A stretch of 64,000 bases of DNA. It comes from Candidatus Binatia bacterium (GTDB taxonomy: Bacteria > Desulfobacterota > Binatia > UBA9968 > JAJDTQ01). The stretch spans positions 3,008,001 through 3,072,000 of the forward strand of contig OY762897.2 of NCBI GenBank assembly GCA_963666515.2, given 5' to 3'. This document shows, piece by piece, positions 22,148-32,147 of this stretch (within the stretch, counting starts at the first letter, position 1; each line of letters starts with the position of its first letter). The notes under the pieces are model-generated. The model was not told the DNA's origin. It did no database searches and saw nothing but the letters and a program-made list of their open reading frames with translations. Made by a program: the position numbers and the translations under genes.

Positions 22148-24355
22148 ATGCTTCCCATAGCTGCTTACGCCGACCGCTACTCGGTAGCCCCCGGAGAGAC
22201 CATCGCGTTCAAGGTGAGCTCGGCCGCATCCGAGGACTACGAGGCGCGCCTGGTACGCGTCATCAGCGGCGACCCCAACCCGGACGGGCCGGGCATCCGG
22301 GAGGAACCTGTGGACGCCGCCTTCGCCGGGCGTTACCCGTCGCGGGTGCAGCCGATCCACAGCGGCTCCTATGTCCGGGTTCCCGGCGCCGCGCCCCTGG
22401 ACCTCCTTCGGAGCTTCACGGTGACGGCCGTCATCTGGCCGGCCCTGCCGGTCCTCCCCCGCCGGCAGGCGCTCGCGTCACGGGTCGACGCCGCCACCGG
22501 CGCGGGCTTCACCCTCGATATCGACGAGGAGGGCTCGCTCGCCGCCACCCTGAGCGACGGCACAACGACGAACAGCGCAAGCGTCGGCAAGGAGCTGCGC
22601 GCCCGTGCCTGGTACCGGGTCTTCCTCAGCTACGACGCGGACAAGGGCGAACTGACGCTCGGCCAGCAGCCATTCGCGCCGACAATGATGATCGACGACT
22701 CGGGCGCCGTCACCACAGCCGCCGCGTTCACGGGAAGCTGCACGGGGAGCGGCGACCTCCTGTTCGCGGCGCGCGCGGGCTCGCCTCCTTGCGACCACTA
22801 CAACGGCAAGCTGGAAGCGCCGCGGGTGCTGGCCGCGGCGCTGGACCTGGACGCGGCGTTCCGGGCCGCGGGCGAGGCTCCCGGCTCCGGCGCGGCGGTG
22901 GTCGGAGCCTGGGACTTCTCCCGCGAGATGCCGTCGAAGCGCATCATCGACACCGGCCCCCACGCCATGCACGGCGAGACCGTCAACCTGCCGGCGCGGG
23001 CCATGAAAGGCTCAGGCTGGACGGGCGAGGAGATGTGCTGGCGCCACGCCCCGGAGCACTACGGCGCCATCTACTTCCACGACGACGACCTCTACGACTG
23101 CGGCTGGGAGACCGACTTCAGCTTCGAGGTGCCCGAGGACTTCAGGAGCGGCGTGTACGCGGTGCGCCTGCGCGCGGGCGAGGACGAGGACATGGCGCCG
23201 TTCTTCGTGCGCGCGGCCCCGGGGCGGGCCCAGTCGAGCGCCTGCGTGCTCATCCCCACCTTCACCTACATCGTCTATGCCAACTCCGTCCGCGACAGGG
23301 CCAACGACGCCTACCGCGAGCACGTGGCGCGCTGGGGGGCGCGCCCCTGGACGCCGGACGAGCATCCCGAGTACGGCATCTCCACCTACAACCACCATCC
23401 CGACGGGAGCGGGGTGAGCTATTCGTCGCGGCTCCGTCCCATCCTGAACCAGCGCTCCGGCTACTTGTCCTACGCGGACCCCAAGGCCGGTTCCGGCCTG
23501 CGCCATTTCCCCGCCGACACCCACCTGCTGGCGTGGCTGGAGGCGCTGGGCCACGACTTCGACGTCATCACCGACGAGGACCTCGACGCCGACGGCGTCG
23601 AAGCCATCGCGCCGTACAAGGTGGTGATGACGACCACGCACCCCGAGTACCACACCCCGCGCTCGCTCGACGCCCTCACCGGCTACACCGAGCAGGGCGG
23701 GCGCCTGATGTACCTGGGCGGCAACGGCTTCTACTGGCGCGTGGCGGTCAGTCCGGAGTTCCCCGGCGCGGTGGAGATCCGCCGGGGCGAGACCGGCATC
23801 CGCGCGTGGGCGGCGGAACCCGGTGAGTACTACAACGCCTTCGACGGCTGCTACGGCGGACTGTGGCGGAGCAGCGGCCGCGCCCCCCAGCGCCTGGCGG
23901 GAGTGGGGTTCATATCACAGGGCGACTTTCGCGGCGCCTGTTACCGGCGCCTGCCCGCTTCCCACGATTCCCGCGCCGCCTGGATCTTCGATGGCATCGA
24001 CGACGAGGTCCTCGGCGACTTCGGACTGAGCGGCGGGGGCGCGGCCGGCTTCGAGCTCGACCGGCTGGACACGAAACTGGGGTCGCCTTCCCACGCCCTC
24101 GTGCTCGCCCGCTCGGAGGAGCCGGACGACAGCTTCACGCTGGTCCCGGAGGAGATCGTGGCCCTTTACCGGAGACGTCCCCACCTCGTGCGGGAGCTCC
24201 TCCGTTCCGAGATCGTGTTTTTCGAGACCCCCAACGGCGGCGCCGTGTTCTCGGTGGGCTCGATCACCTTCTGCGGCAGCCTCCCGCACAACGACTTCGA
24301 CAACAACATCTCGCGCATGGTGGACAACGTGCTGCGCCGTTTCCGCACCGACTGA
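22148..24355 (+). CDS. N,N-dimethylformamidase large-subunit family protein
   Basis: LamG-like insert, PTFTYIVYAN, HPEYHT, YLGGNGFYW, GAVFSVGSITFCGSL. Confidence 0.85.
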   Translation: MLPIAAYADRYSVAPGETIAFKVSSAASEDYEARLVRVISGDPNPDGPGIREEPVDAAFAGRYPSRVQPIHSGSYVRVPGAAPLDLLRSFTVTAVIWPALPVLPRRQALASRVDAATGAGFTLDIDEEGSLAATLSDGTTTNSASVGKELRARAWYRVFLSYDADKGELTLGQQPFAPTMMIDDSGAVTTAAAFTGSCTGSGDLLFAARAGSPPCDHYNGKLEAPRVLAAALDLDAAFRAAGEAPGSGAAVVGAWDFSREMPSKRIIDTGPHAMHGETVNLPARAMKGSGWTGEEMCWRHAPEHYGAIYFHDDDLYDCGWETDFSFEVPEDFRSGVYAVRLRAGEDEDMAPFFVRAAPGRAQSSACVLIPTFTYIVYANSVRDRANDAYREHVARWGARPWTPDEHPEYGISTYNHHPDGSGVSYSSRLRPILNQRSGYLSYADPKAGSGLRHFPADTHLLAWLEALGHDFDVITDEDLDADGVEAIAPYKVVMTTTHPEYHTPRSLDALTGYTEQGGRLMYLGGNGFYWRVAVSPEFPGAVEIRRGETGIRAWAAEPGEYYNAFDGCYGGLWRSSGRAPQRLAGVGFISQGDFRGACYRRLPASHDSRAAWIFDGIDDEVLGDFGLSGGGAAGFELDRLDTKLGSPSHALVLARSEEPDDSFTLVPEEIVALYRRRPHLVRELLRSEIVFFETPNGGAVFSVGSITFCGSLPHNDFDNNISRMVDNVLRRFRTD

Positions 24356-24503
24356 ACGACGGGTAGGTCGGCTCAAGGTCGCGAAGCAGATGGAACAGTA
24401 ACGACAACCGGACAACCACAGTTCCACGGTGAACCATCACCCTTGACGCCCCGCAGAAAAATTTGAGATGAGAAAACAGTCCCGGGACAAAGGAGGATCC
24501 GCC

Positions 24504-25322
24504 ATGGTCATACGGGAAGCCGGTGACGGCTCCACCTACGTGAGCACGCAGGAAGAGCACGCCGAGTTGTCGGCGCAGTTCGCGGCCCATTGGGGCAACG
24601 ACCGGTTCGCGCAGCTCCGGCCTTACGACACCATGGTCTTTGCCACCACGTACCACGACAGCGGCTACCGGGAGTGGGAAGGGTTGCCGCGCATGAACGT
24701 GGAGAAAGGCCGGCCCTACGGGCACCGCGAGCGAATCCCGGGGTTCGAGGACACCGAACTGGCAGCCTACCGGCGAAACGTGGACTGGGTTCGAGGGCAT
24801 GACCTCTACGCCGGGACGCTGGTCTCGATGCACCGCACCGGCTTGTGGCGCGGCCGCTACGACGTCCTCACCAGTCCCAGGCCGAGAATCCGGGACCTCA
24901 GCGGCGGGGTCAAGGCCGTGCTGACCGAACTCGAGGACCAGCAAAAAGAGGACAAGAGCGGGCTCGCCGCCGCAAACCCCGGCTTCGAAGAGGAGCTGTG
25001 GATCAACTACCGGATGCTTCAGCTCTTTGACCTGCTGTCGCTCTACTTCTGTTGCGACGGCTACGGCGACGACGGCTTCAAGGAGGAGTGTCTGGCGCCC
25101 ATCCCCGACGGCTACTCGCCCGACCGCGGCGTCGAGCTGCGCATTACGCCCAACTCCGACGGCTCCGTGAAGATGGCGCCCTACCCCTTCGACGTCGCGC
25201 CGCTCCGAGTCTCGGTGCGCACGCGGCGGATGGAACCCGGGGAGTATGCGTCGGAAGCGGACTGCCGCGAAGCCTACTACAAGACGCCGTCGACGCTGCT
25301 GAACTTCGATATCACGGACTGA
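24504..25322 (+). CDS. DUF3891-like protein
   Basis: QEEHAELSAQFAAHWGN, HDSGY, LVSMH, FDLLSLYFC, PYPF; AGGAGG RBS. Confidence 0.7.
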   Translation: MVIREAGDGSTYVSTQEEHAELSAQFAAHWGNDRFAQLRPYDTMVFATTYHDSGYREWEGLPRMNVEKGRPYGHRERIPGFEDTELAAYRRNVDWVRGHDLYAGTLVSMHRTGLWRGRYDVLTSPRPRIRDLSGGVKAVLTELEDQQKEDKSGLAAANPGFEEELWINYRMLQLFDLLSLYFCCDGYGDDGFKEECLAPIPDGYSPDRGVELRITPNSDGSVKMAPYPFDVAPLRVSVRTRRMEPGEYASEADCREAYYKTPSTLLNFDITD

Positions 25323-25343
25323 CAACGCCTGGGCTTACCGGGT

Positions 25344-27035
25344 TCACGCCTTCACCAGCCGCTCGGCCTTCACCGTCTCCTTCCGCCGGGGCTCCGGGAA
25401 CACGTCCGGGCTGCACAGCACGTCCACCAGCACCGGTTGGTTCCGGCCCACGCGCAGGGCCTCCGCGAAGGCGTCCTCCAACTCCGCCGGATCGGCGACC
25501 CGCAGGCCGGCGGCGCCGAAGAGCCGGGCGTACTCGTCGAAGGGCGGGTTGCCGATGGCGTCGCCGATGTAGCGCTCGTCGTAGTAGAACTTCTGGTAGG
25601 CGCGTTCTGAGCCGTAGTTGAAGTTGTTGAGGACGATGCAGGTGGTGGGGATGCCTTCGCGTACCGCGGTCTCCAGCTCGGCGCCGTTGTAGAGGAAGGA
25701 GCCGTCGCCGCTCAGGGTAACCACCGGACGCTCGGGCGCGGCGAGCTTGGCGCCGAGGCCCACGGGGTAGCCGACGCCGATGGCGGCGAGTCCCTGGGGC
25801 GCCAGCAGGCTCCGGGGACGCTCGAAGGTCTGGTACTCGTAGACGTAGCCGGGGCCGACGCCGGCGTCGATGGTAATGATGGCGTCCCTGGGCAGGACCT
25901 TGCGCAGGGCGGCGTGGGCGCGCCGGGGGTCGATGGGCCGGCCGTTGTAGCCGGCGGCCTTGTTCCGGTGCCGTTCCTGCGCGGACCGCACCTTGGCGGC
26001 CTTCTTCAGCCAGCTCGGTTGGCCGGTTCCTTTCCGTTTCACCGACCGCAGCAACACCTTGAGCGCGGCTCGCGCGTCCGCGTTGATGCCGACCTCCGCG
26101 GGATAGACGCGGCCGATGTTGTTCCGGTCCTGGGCGACGTGGATCAGTTTCGTCTTCGGAGCGAAGAAATCGGGACGCCAGAACGTGGTCGTGTGACCCA
26201 GGCTGGTGCCCACGGCCAGCACCAAGTCGGCTTCCTTGAAGAAGGCCTGGGCCTCGGGCAGCGCGCCCCTGCCGATGGTGCCGAGGTAGAGTGGGTATGA
26301 ATGAGGGGCCACGTCGTCCCGGCCGGTGGAAGACATGATGGGAGCATCGAGGCGCTTCGACAACGCGACGAGATCGCCGCCGGCCCCAGACCAGAGCACG
26401 CCGCCGCCGGCCACCAGCACCGGGCGGCGCGCCTTCTCCAGGAGACGGACGGCCGCCGCCACGGCCGCCGTGTCGGGGGCCGGCGCGGCCACCTCGCTCC
26501 GGATCAGCCGCGCCATGTCCGGCGCCTCCACGGTCTCGTTCAGCACGTCCCGCGGCAGGTCCAGGTGCACCGGCCCAGGGACGCCCGTCATCGTGCGCTG
26601 GTAGGCTTCCCAGGTCAGCGCCGCGGCCAGCTCGGGCTTGCGTACCTGCACCGACCACTTGACCACCGGCCGGAACATGGCCTGCTGGTCGATCTCCTGG
26701 CTCGAATCCCGGAACATGTCCTTCATCATCGGCGCGCCGGTGATGACCAGAACCGGGCTCTGGGCGTGGAAGGCATTGGCCACCCCGGTCAACAGGTTGG
26801 TGGCGCCGGGGCCGTTGGTGGCGATGCAGACGCCGGGCCTGCCGGCGATGCGGGCGAAGCCGTCGGCCATGAGCGCCGCGGCCTGTTCATGGCGGGTGGA
26901 GAGGAACCGGATGTCGTCCCGGCCGTACATGCCGTCGAGGATCTCCAGCATGCACGAGCCGACGACGCCGATTACCTTGCGGACGCCGAGTTGCGCCAGG
27001 ACTTCGGCCACGGCATGGCCCGCGGTCATTTGCAT
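25344..27035 (-). CDS. ThDP-binding enzyme, sulfoacetaldehyde acetyltransferase / acetolactate synthase-like
   Basis: RHEQAAALMADG, NGPGATN, QEIDQ, GPVHLDLPRD, GDG...NN; GVVGS and YGSERAYQ resemble Xsc. Confidence 0.85.
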   Translation of the reverse strand: MQMTAGHAVAEVLAQLGVRKVIGVVGSCMLEILDGMYGRDDIRFLSTRHEQAAALMADGFARIAGRPGVCIATNGPGATNLLTGVANAFHAQSPVLVITGAPMMKDMFRDSSQEIDQQAMFRPVVKWSVQVRKPELAAALTWEAYQRTMTGVPGPVHLDLPRDVLNETVEAPDMARLIRSEVAAPAPDTAAVAAAVRLLEKARRPVLVAGGGVLWSGAGGDLVALSKRLDAPIMSSTGRDDVAPHSYPLYLGTIGRGALPEAQAFFKEADLVLAVGTSLGHTTTFWRPDFFAPKTKLIHVAQDRNNIGRVYPAEVGINADARAALKVLLRSVKRKGTGQPSWLKKAAKVRSAQERHRNKAAGYNGRPIDPRRAHAALRKVLPRDAIITIDAGVGPGYVYEYQTFERPRSLLAPQGLAAIGVGYPVGLGAKLAAPERPVVTLSGDGSFLYNGAELETAVREGIPTTCIVLNNFNYGSERAYQKFYYDERYIGDAIGNPPFDEYARLFGAAGLRVADPAELEDAFAEALRVGRNQPVLVDVLCSPDVFPEPRRKETVKAERLVKA

Positions 27036-27246
27036 GGTGGTTTTCCTCCGGGCTGTATCGGGAGCGTGAAACGCTACGCACGTGCTGTGCGAACCGTAAA
27101 GGAGGCGGGCGGGCAACACAAGGGTTGGCGGTTCAAGGGCGAAACCGTCATGGCATCCGCCGGGAGCGTCTGGTAATATCCGGGGGCTGTCGCGCACCGG
27201 AAGCGATTCCGGTATCGCACGAGCCTCCCTGACGAGAGGAGCAGCC

Positions 27247-28254
27247 ATGGAGCCCAGCGGCATCATTTTCACGGAGCGCCGAGAGCAGCCCATCAAGCAG
27301 TGGCCGTTCCAGGACAAGAAGGTAGGCCAGACAAGAAAGGCCCAGCGTCACCCGCTGACGCGCCGGTACATGTTCATGCGGGAGGACCACGACCGCCGCA
27401 ACCTGCACGACGGCCCGGTGAACTCCGACCGCCTGGAGACCGAGGACTGGGCCGGGGTCACCCGCACCATGAAGAAGGCGGCGCTGGACATGGGCGCCGA
27501 CATCGTCGGCGTGGCGCCCATCGACGAGTTCGACTACGTGCGCGGCACCAAGCCGCCCGAAGGGCACAAGGTCGCCATCTCCTTCGCCATCCACATGAGC
27601 TTCGAGGAGATGAAGCGACTGGGCCCTCTCGCCCAGACCGAGGTGCACAAGGTCTACTACCTGCTGTCCGACGTCACCGTCCGCCTGGCGCAGTACATCC
27701 GCTCCTACGGCTATCACGCGGTGGGCTATCCCAACGAGGGCGACCTGCTCTTCATTCCGGTGGCCTGGAAGGCCGGACTCGGCGAGCTGGGACGTCACGG
27801 CTCCCTCATCACGAAGAAGTTCGGCCCCAGCGTGCGGCTGGGCGCGGTCACGACTGAAATGCCTCTGATCCCCGAGGCGCAACCTACCGATTTCGGCTTC
27901 GACGACTTCTGCCTGCGCTGCAACGCGTGCACGAACTTCTGCCCGGGCGAGTCGATCATCCCGAAGAAGCAGGAAATCTTCGGCACCGTGCGCTGGCACG
28001 TGGACACGCCCACCTGCCGTCCTTTCTTCGAGCAGTACGAGGGCTGCAAGGTCTGCCTCACGGTCTGTCCGATCAACGCCCAGACCCCGGTCGCGCCCAT
28101 GTACAAAGACCTCATGAAGGGACTCATGCGGCGCAAGATCCCCGTGCGGCAGCTCATCGACGAGTGGCGGGCGGAAGGCATCCAGGAGGCCGAGGAGTTC
28201 GGCGAAGGATGGGTCCCGGAATCCGAGGAGAACGGCTCCGGCGACGGGGAGTGA
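27247..28254 (+). CDS. Cobalamin/2x[4Fe-4S] protein of the reductive dehalogenase-QueG superfamily
   Basis: GADIVGVA, AGLGELGRHGSLITKKFGPSVRL, FCLRCNACTNFCP, C-x9-CKVCLTVCP; no TAT signal. Confidence 0.78.
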   Translation: MEPSGIIFTERREQPIKQWPFQDKKVGQTRKAQRHPLTRRYMFMREDHDRRNLHDGPVNSDRLETEDWAGVTRTMKKAALDMGADIVGVAPIDEFDYVRGTKPPEGHKVAISFAIHMSFEEMKRLGPLAQTEVHKVYYLLSDVTVRLAQYIRSYGYHAVGYPNEGDLLFIPVAWKAGLGELGRHGSLITKKFGPSVRLGAVTTEMPLIPEAQPTDFGFDDFCLRCNACTNFCPGESIIPKKQEIFGTVRWHVDTPTCRPFFEQYEGCKVCLTVCPINAQTPVAPMYKDLMKGLMRRKIPVRQLIDEWRAEGIQEAEEFGEGWVPESEENGSGDGE

Positions 28255-28297
28255 ATCCGCCGCCTGGCCTTAAGACAGCGACATCGAGGAGAATCCC

Positions 28298-28618
28298 ATG
28301 TTCTTTGAATTGCGCCAGTACAAGACCAGGCCCGGCAAGCGCGACGCCTGGGTCAAGACCATGGAGGAGAAGATCATCCCGTTCCACGCCTCCAACGGCG
28401 TGGTGGTCTCCGGCAGCTTCACCGGCCGGGATGACGACGACACCTACATCTGGCTGCGCCGCTTCGACAGCCAGGAGCAGAAGGAAGCGTTCGCCAAGAC
28501 CATCGCGGAGAGCGACTACTGGAAGAGCGAGGTGGTCCCGGACATCCAGGAGATGCTGGACCGGGAAGCCATGGTGGTGACGGCGCTCGAAGCGACGGCG
28601 TTGTCGGTCATAAGCTGA
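28298..28618 (+). CDS. NIPSNAP family protein
   Basis: FFELRQYKTRPGK, YIWLRRFDS; GAGGAG RBS. Confidence 0.8.
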   Translation: MFFELRQYKTRPGKRDAWVKTMEEKIIPFHASNGVVVSGSFTGRDDDDTYIWLRRFDSQEQKEAFAKTIAESDYWKSEVVPDIQEMLDREAMVVTALEATALSVIS

Positions 28619-28668
28619 GCAGTGGGTCCGCGAGTCCTGGCTCGTGGGAGCAAAGGGCTTCCATGCTG

Positions 28669-28750
28669 GAATTGGCCCGAATTGGCCCGAATTGGCCCGA
28701 ATTGGCCCGAATGAGCCGGAATTGGCCGGAATGAGCCGGAATTGGCCAGA
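28669..28750 (+). repeat. Tandem array of eight 10-bp units (ATTGGCCCGA consensus)
   Basis: 4x ATTGGCCCGA, then ATGAGCCGGA, ATTGGCCGGA, ATGAGCCGGA, ATTGGCCAGA. Confidence 0.95.
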
Positions 28751-28996
28751 ACTGGGGCCCTATAGTCGCTTCCAGCGAGCACCTCCACCACGACCTGTTG
28801 TTGCTACAAATGGGAGATTTACAGTTGTCAGCAACAGCAACACAAAGGGGAAGGGAGAACAGACGTGGACGGAAACTAAAGAAATACAGCGCAATGCCGA
28901 TAGAAGATTATAGAAGGTGGCGTCCACACTATGGATCACCTTGGCCGGATTACATTAAACCCTGTGGCGAGTATTGACTTCCTGACCCGTAAAGAT

Positions 28997-29009
28997 GACT
29001 ATAAGTAGC
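28997..29009. promoter_or_regulatory. Single C-box upstream of the methyltransferase
   Basis: GACTATAAGTAGC, reverse complement GCTACTTATAGTC, nearly identical to the first operator upstream of the C gene (GCTACTCAGAGTC). Confidence 0.6.
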
Positions 29010-29051
29010 GTCCTGAGGTCCAGTTTCTCAAGTCATAGAGGCGAAACACAC

Positions 29052-30794
29052 ATGGAAGCCCTCCGCGAGACGCGCTTTACCAAACGCTATGGTACCGTCA
29101 CCAAAGAAAAGGCTGGTGGCGCAGTTTACACACCAAGAACGCTGGCCAACTTTGTTTCACAAAAAATCGCGGAAGCGGTGGAGAAACAGGCTACTGGACA
29201 TTTGCTTCGCATCCTCGACCCTGCGATTGGCCATGGAGAGCTTCTTGTCAGTCTTCTTGAGCGTCTTTCTGGACGGCAAAAGTCCAAGATCGAAGTCTAT
29301 GGCTTTGAGACCAACCCCGAAGCTCTCAATATTGCTAGGGAACGACTTGAGCAACAATTCCCCAGCGTCTCCGTTCATTTCGAGTCGGACAACTTTCTTG
29401 AATTTGTTCTCCAACACTTCGGACCTGGCGGTCATGGCAATCTTTTTCGCTCTACCACTCCCGAAACCTATGACTTCATCATTGCGAACCCCCCCTATGT
29501 TCGTACGCAGATCATGGGTGCGAAGCAGACGAAACTACTCTCAGAGAAGTTCGGCCTCTCAGGCCGTATCGACCTCTATTACGCTTTCGTTGTTGGCATC
29601 TCTCAAGTACTCAAGCCACAGGGCATCGCCGGAATCATCGTTTCCAACCGTTTCATGACGACCAAGTCCGGCGCGCCCATCCGGCAGGCTCTCCTTGATC
29701 GATTCAATATCTGGCATGCTTGGGACTTGGGCGATACCAAGCTGTTCGAGGCTGCCGTCCTACCTGCTGTCTTGGTCGTTCAGGGAAAAAACGGTCACAA
29801 GCTGGAAACCCCGGCGTTCACGTCCATCTACCAAACCAGGGAACCCGCAACCGTGTCCGCCACTGACCCGATAACCGCCCTCAACGAAGAAGGCGTCGTC
29901 AAGATTGACGACGGACGGCACTTCCACGTCCAGCACGGGAGACTAGACACGAACGGTAGGTCGGATGGTGTTTGGCGCATTGCCACCGAAGCCGGTGACA
30001 CTTGGCTGAAGACCGTAGAAGCGCATAGCTGGGGGACCTTCCGCGATATCGGAAAGATCCGCGTTGGCGTCAAAACCTGCGCAGACAAGATATTCATTCG
30101 TAGAGACTGGCAGGACATGGCCGAGACTGATCGGCCGGAGCTTATCAGACCGCTCACCACTCACCATGTGGCCCGACGATTCAAACCCCTGTCCTCGGAA
30201 CGGCCAAGTCACATTCTCTATCCACACGAGGTCGTAGGAGGCCGGCGCCGCGCTGTTGACCTAGCCCGCTACCCTCGCAGCCAAGCCTATCTCACGGCGC
30301 ATCGACCGGTTCTGGAACGTCGCAAGTACGTCATCGAGGCGGGCCGCCAGTGGTATGAAATTTGGGTCCCGCAAGACCCGAGGGCTTGGGATCAACCCAA
30401 GCTCGTGTTCCGCGATATTGTAGATGAGCCGACGTTCTGGATCGACCTGGATGGTTCCGTTGTGAACGGGGACTGCTATTGGCTTGTCGCCCATAACTCC
30501 GCCAATATAGACCTCCTTTGGCTCGCAGCCGCCACCGCTAACTCCACATTCATTGAGCGCTTTTATGATCTCCGCTTCCACAATAAGCTTTATGCAGGCC
30601 GTCGGCGGTTCATCACGCAGTACGTCGAGAACTTCCCCCTTCCCGATCCACACAGCTCCCTCAGCAAGTCCATCGTTTCCAAGGCGAAGCGGATACACAC
30701 GCTTACGCCTTCCCCACGTGCTGAGCTGCTTCAGCAAGAGCTGAACGCCATGGTCTGGGAAGCTTTTACCGGCTATAGCCTCCCGTCAAGCTAG
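29052..30794 (+). CDS. Type II N6-adenine DNA methyltransferase, gamma class, M.BseCI/BanIII (ClaI-type)-like
   Basis: ILDPAIGHG, IANPPYVRTQ, DLY, DLGDTKLFEAAVLP, WYEIWVP, NKLYAGRRRF; 580 aa; similarity to M.BseCI is from recall. Confidence 0.9.
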   Translation: MEALRETRFTKRYGTVTKEKAGGAVYTPRTLANFVSQKIAEAVEKQATGHLLRILDPAIGHGELLVSLLERLSGRQKSKIEVYGFETNPEALNIARERLEQQFPSVSVHFESDNFLEFVLQHFGPGGHGNLFRSTTPETYDFIIANPPYVRTQIMGAKQTKLLSEKFGLSGRIDLYYAFVVGISQVLKPQGIAGIIVSNRFMTTKSGAPIRQALLDRFNIWHAWDLGDTKLFEAAVLPAVLVVQGKNGHKLETPAFTSIYQTREPATVSATDPITALNEEGVVKIDDGRHFHVQHGRLDTNGRSDGVWRIATEAGDTWLKTVEAHSWGTFRDIGKIRVGVKTCADKIFIRRDWQDMAETDRPELIRPLTTHHVARRFKPLSSERPSHILYPHEVVGGRRRAVDLARYPRSQAYLTAHRPVLERRKYVIEAGRQWYEIWVPQDPRAWDQPKLVFRDIVDEPTFWIDLDGSVVNGDCYWLVAHNSANIDLLWLAAATANSTFIERFYDLRFHNKLYAGRRRFITQYVENFPLPDPHSSLSKSIVSKAKRIHTLTPSPRAELLQQELNAMVWEAFTGYSLPSS

Positions 30795-30810
30795 AGGGTT
30801 CCTGCCGTCT

Positions 30811-31860
30811 TCAGTCGAAGAAGTCGCGGGGCAAGGGTATCTGAAGTTTCCTGTTCAGTACCTTGCCTTGAAATTGCGGGAACCGTGTAAAGAACCTCTC
30901 GCCGGTGGTGAGGAACAGATGCGTCAAAGTCACGCGCTTCCCGTCTGTCTCAGCGTAGAACAGTGCATAGCGGACATCGCAATGCCGTATTTGTCTGCCT
31001 TCGATCCTCGGGACGTCCAATGCTTCCTCACTATTCGGACGCACTAAGCCCAGATCAATAGTCGGCGACGTTTGCAGCTTCACTTCCAACAGTTGGTGCC
31101 GAACGTCTGGAAATTGGCCATCATCCCGGCAGTCCGTGTATCCCAAGTGTTGGCACACGAGCCTGTGCAACAACGCGCCTCGATTGCGTTCTTGGTCGTA
31201 CCCGATGTCTGCGAATGATTCGCCGACAAGAGGTTGAAGGCGATCGAAAATCTCCACGATCGACAGCAATTGTGCTGTCCGCGGAGCGTCCACCGGGCTC
31301 ACCCCGACCGCTAGGTCGGCAGCCGTCCCTACAGACGCACGGAGTGTCTCCGTGTCCTCATCAGTAACCAACTCGGCATTTGCTCCACCCGGAATCAGGC
31401 GGGCTTGATATTTCTGGGTCAGAGTACCTGTCGAGTCCAGCAACGCCAGTGTGTTGCCCGTGACCACCTTAATCTTGGTAATCACGTCTTCCCTCCCAAC
31501 CCGGATAATCGCGTAGCGCCGCGTCGGTTCTAGTTCTTCATTCCAGACCTGGAGGTTGTTCGACTTCTGCACAAAGGTGTCGAAGAATTGACCCGGAAAG
31601 CGCGGCTGCGTTCTCTTGAAGCTACGCGGCACCGGGTAGCCAAGCGACCGACAAACATGTTCCTTGACCACTTTCGAGCGGGTTCGTAGCGGAAGTCCGG
31701 CGAGTGAAACGCCGGACATGGCAGCGTTGAGTAGCTTCTCTAACTCCAGCGTCGGAATCCAAAGCTCCGGATCACCGATCTCGATACGGTCATAGATCGA
31801 CAATCCCTTCCGACGGATTGCCTCAACGTATCGCTCGGGGCCACTACCGTCAGCGGTCAT
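30811..31860 (-). CDS. Type II restriction endonuclease
   Basis: PD-(D/E)xK motif QFPDVRHQLLEVKLQTSPT; convergent with the MTase and overlapping the C gene. Confidence 0.82.
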   Translation of the reverse strand: MTADGSGPERYVEAIRRKGLSIYDRIEIGDPELWIPTLELEKLLNAAMSGVSLAGLPLRTRSKVVKEHVCRSLGYPVPRSFKRTQPRFPGQFFDTFVQKSNNLQVWNEELEPTRRYAIIRVGREDVITKIKVVTGNTLALLDSTGTLTQKYQARLIPGGANAELVTDEDTETLRASVGTAADLAVGVSPVDAPRTAQLLSIVEIFDRLQPLVGESFADIGYDQERNRGALLHRLVCQHLGYTDCRDDGQFPDVRHQLLEVKLQTSPTIDLGLVRPNSEEALDVPRIEGRQIRHCDVRYALFYAETDGKRVTLTHLFLTTGERFFTRFPQFQGKVLNRKLQIPLPRDFFD

Positions 31861-32107
31861 CCTCAAAGGCCCTTTTGGTCAGGAGCTCCGGGACACTCAC
31901 ACCCAGTGCAGCGGCCAAAGTTTCTAGCGTCTTGAGCGTCACGTTACGCTCACCCCTCTCCACCGACCCCACGTATGTCCGGTGCAGATTGCATATGCCA
32001 GCGAGTTCTTCCTGAGAAATCTGTTTCGTCCTTCTGTAGGCACGGATGTTGTCAGCAAGAATCCGGGTCAACTGTCGGCTGGGTTTGTTCAGCTGCTCGT
32101 CGGCCAT
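31850..32107 (-). CDS. R-M controller (C) protein, XRE HTH
   Basis: SQEELAGICNLHRTYVGSVERGERNVTL signature; directly upstream of the REase. Confidence 0.9.
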   Translation of the reverse strand: MADEQLNKPSRQLTRILADNIRAYRRTKQISQEELAGICNLHRTYVGSVERGERNVTLKTLETLAAALGVSVPELLTKRAFEDDR

Positions 32108-32147
32108 ATGCCCCTCGCACGGAGATCAGGACACCTTCAGTGAACGC

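Noticed and set aside
28669-28750. CRISPR array
   Set aside because: Contiguous 10-mers with no spacers and no cas genes; this is a tandem repeat.
28810-28977. 55-codon ORF (MGDLQL...PCGEY) upstream of the MTase
   Set aside because: No clear RBS, atypical codon usage and no recognisable motif; may be a remnant.
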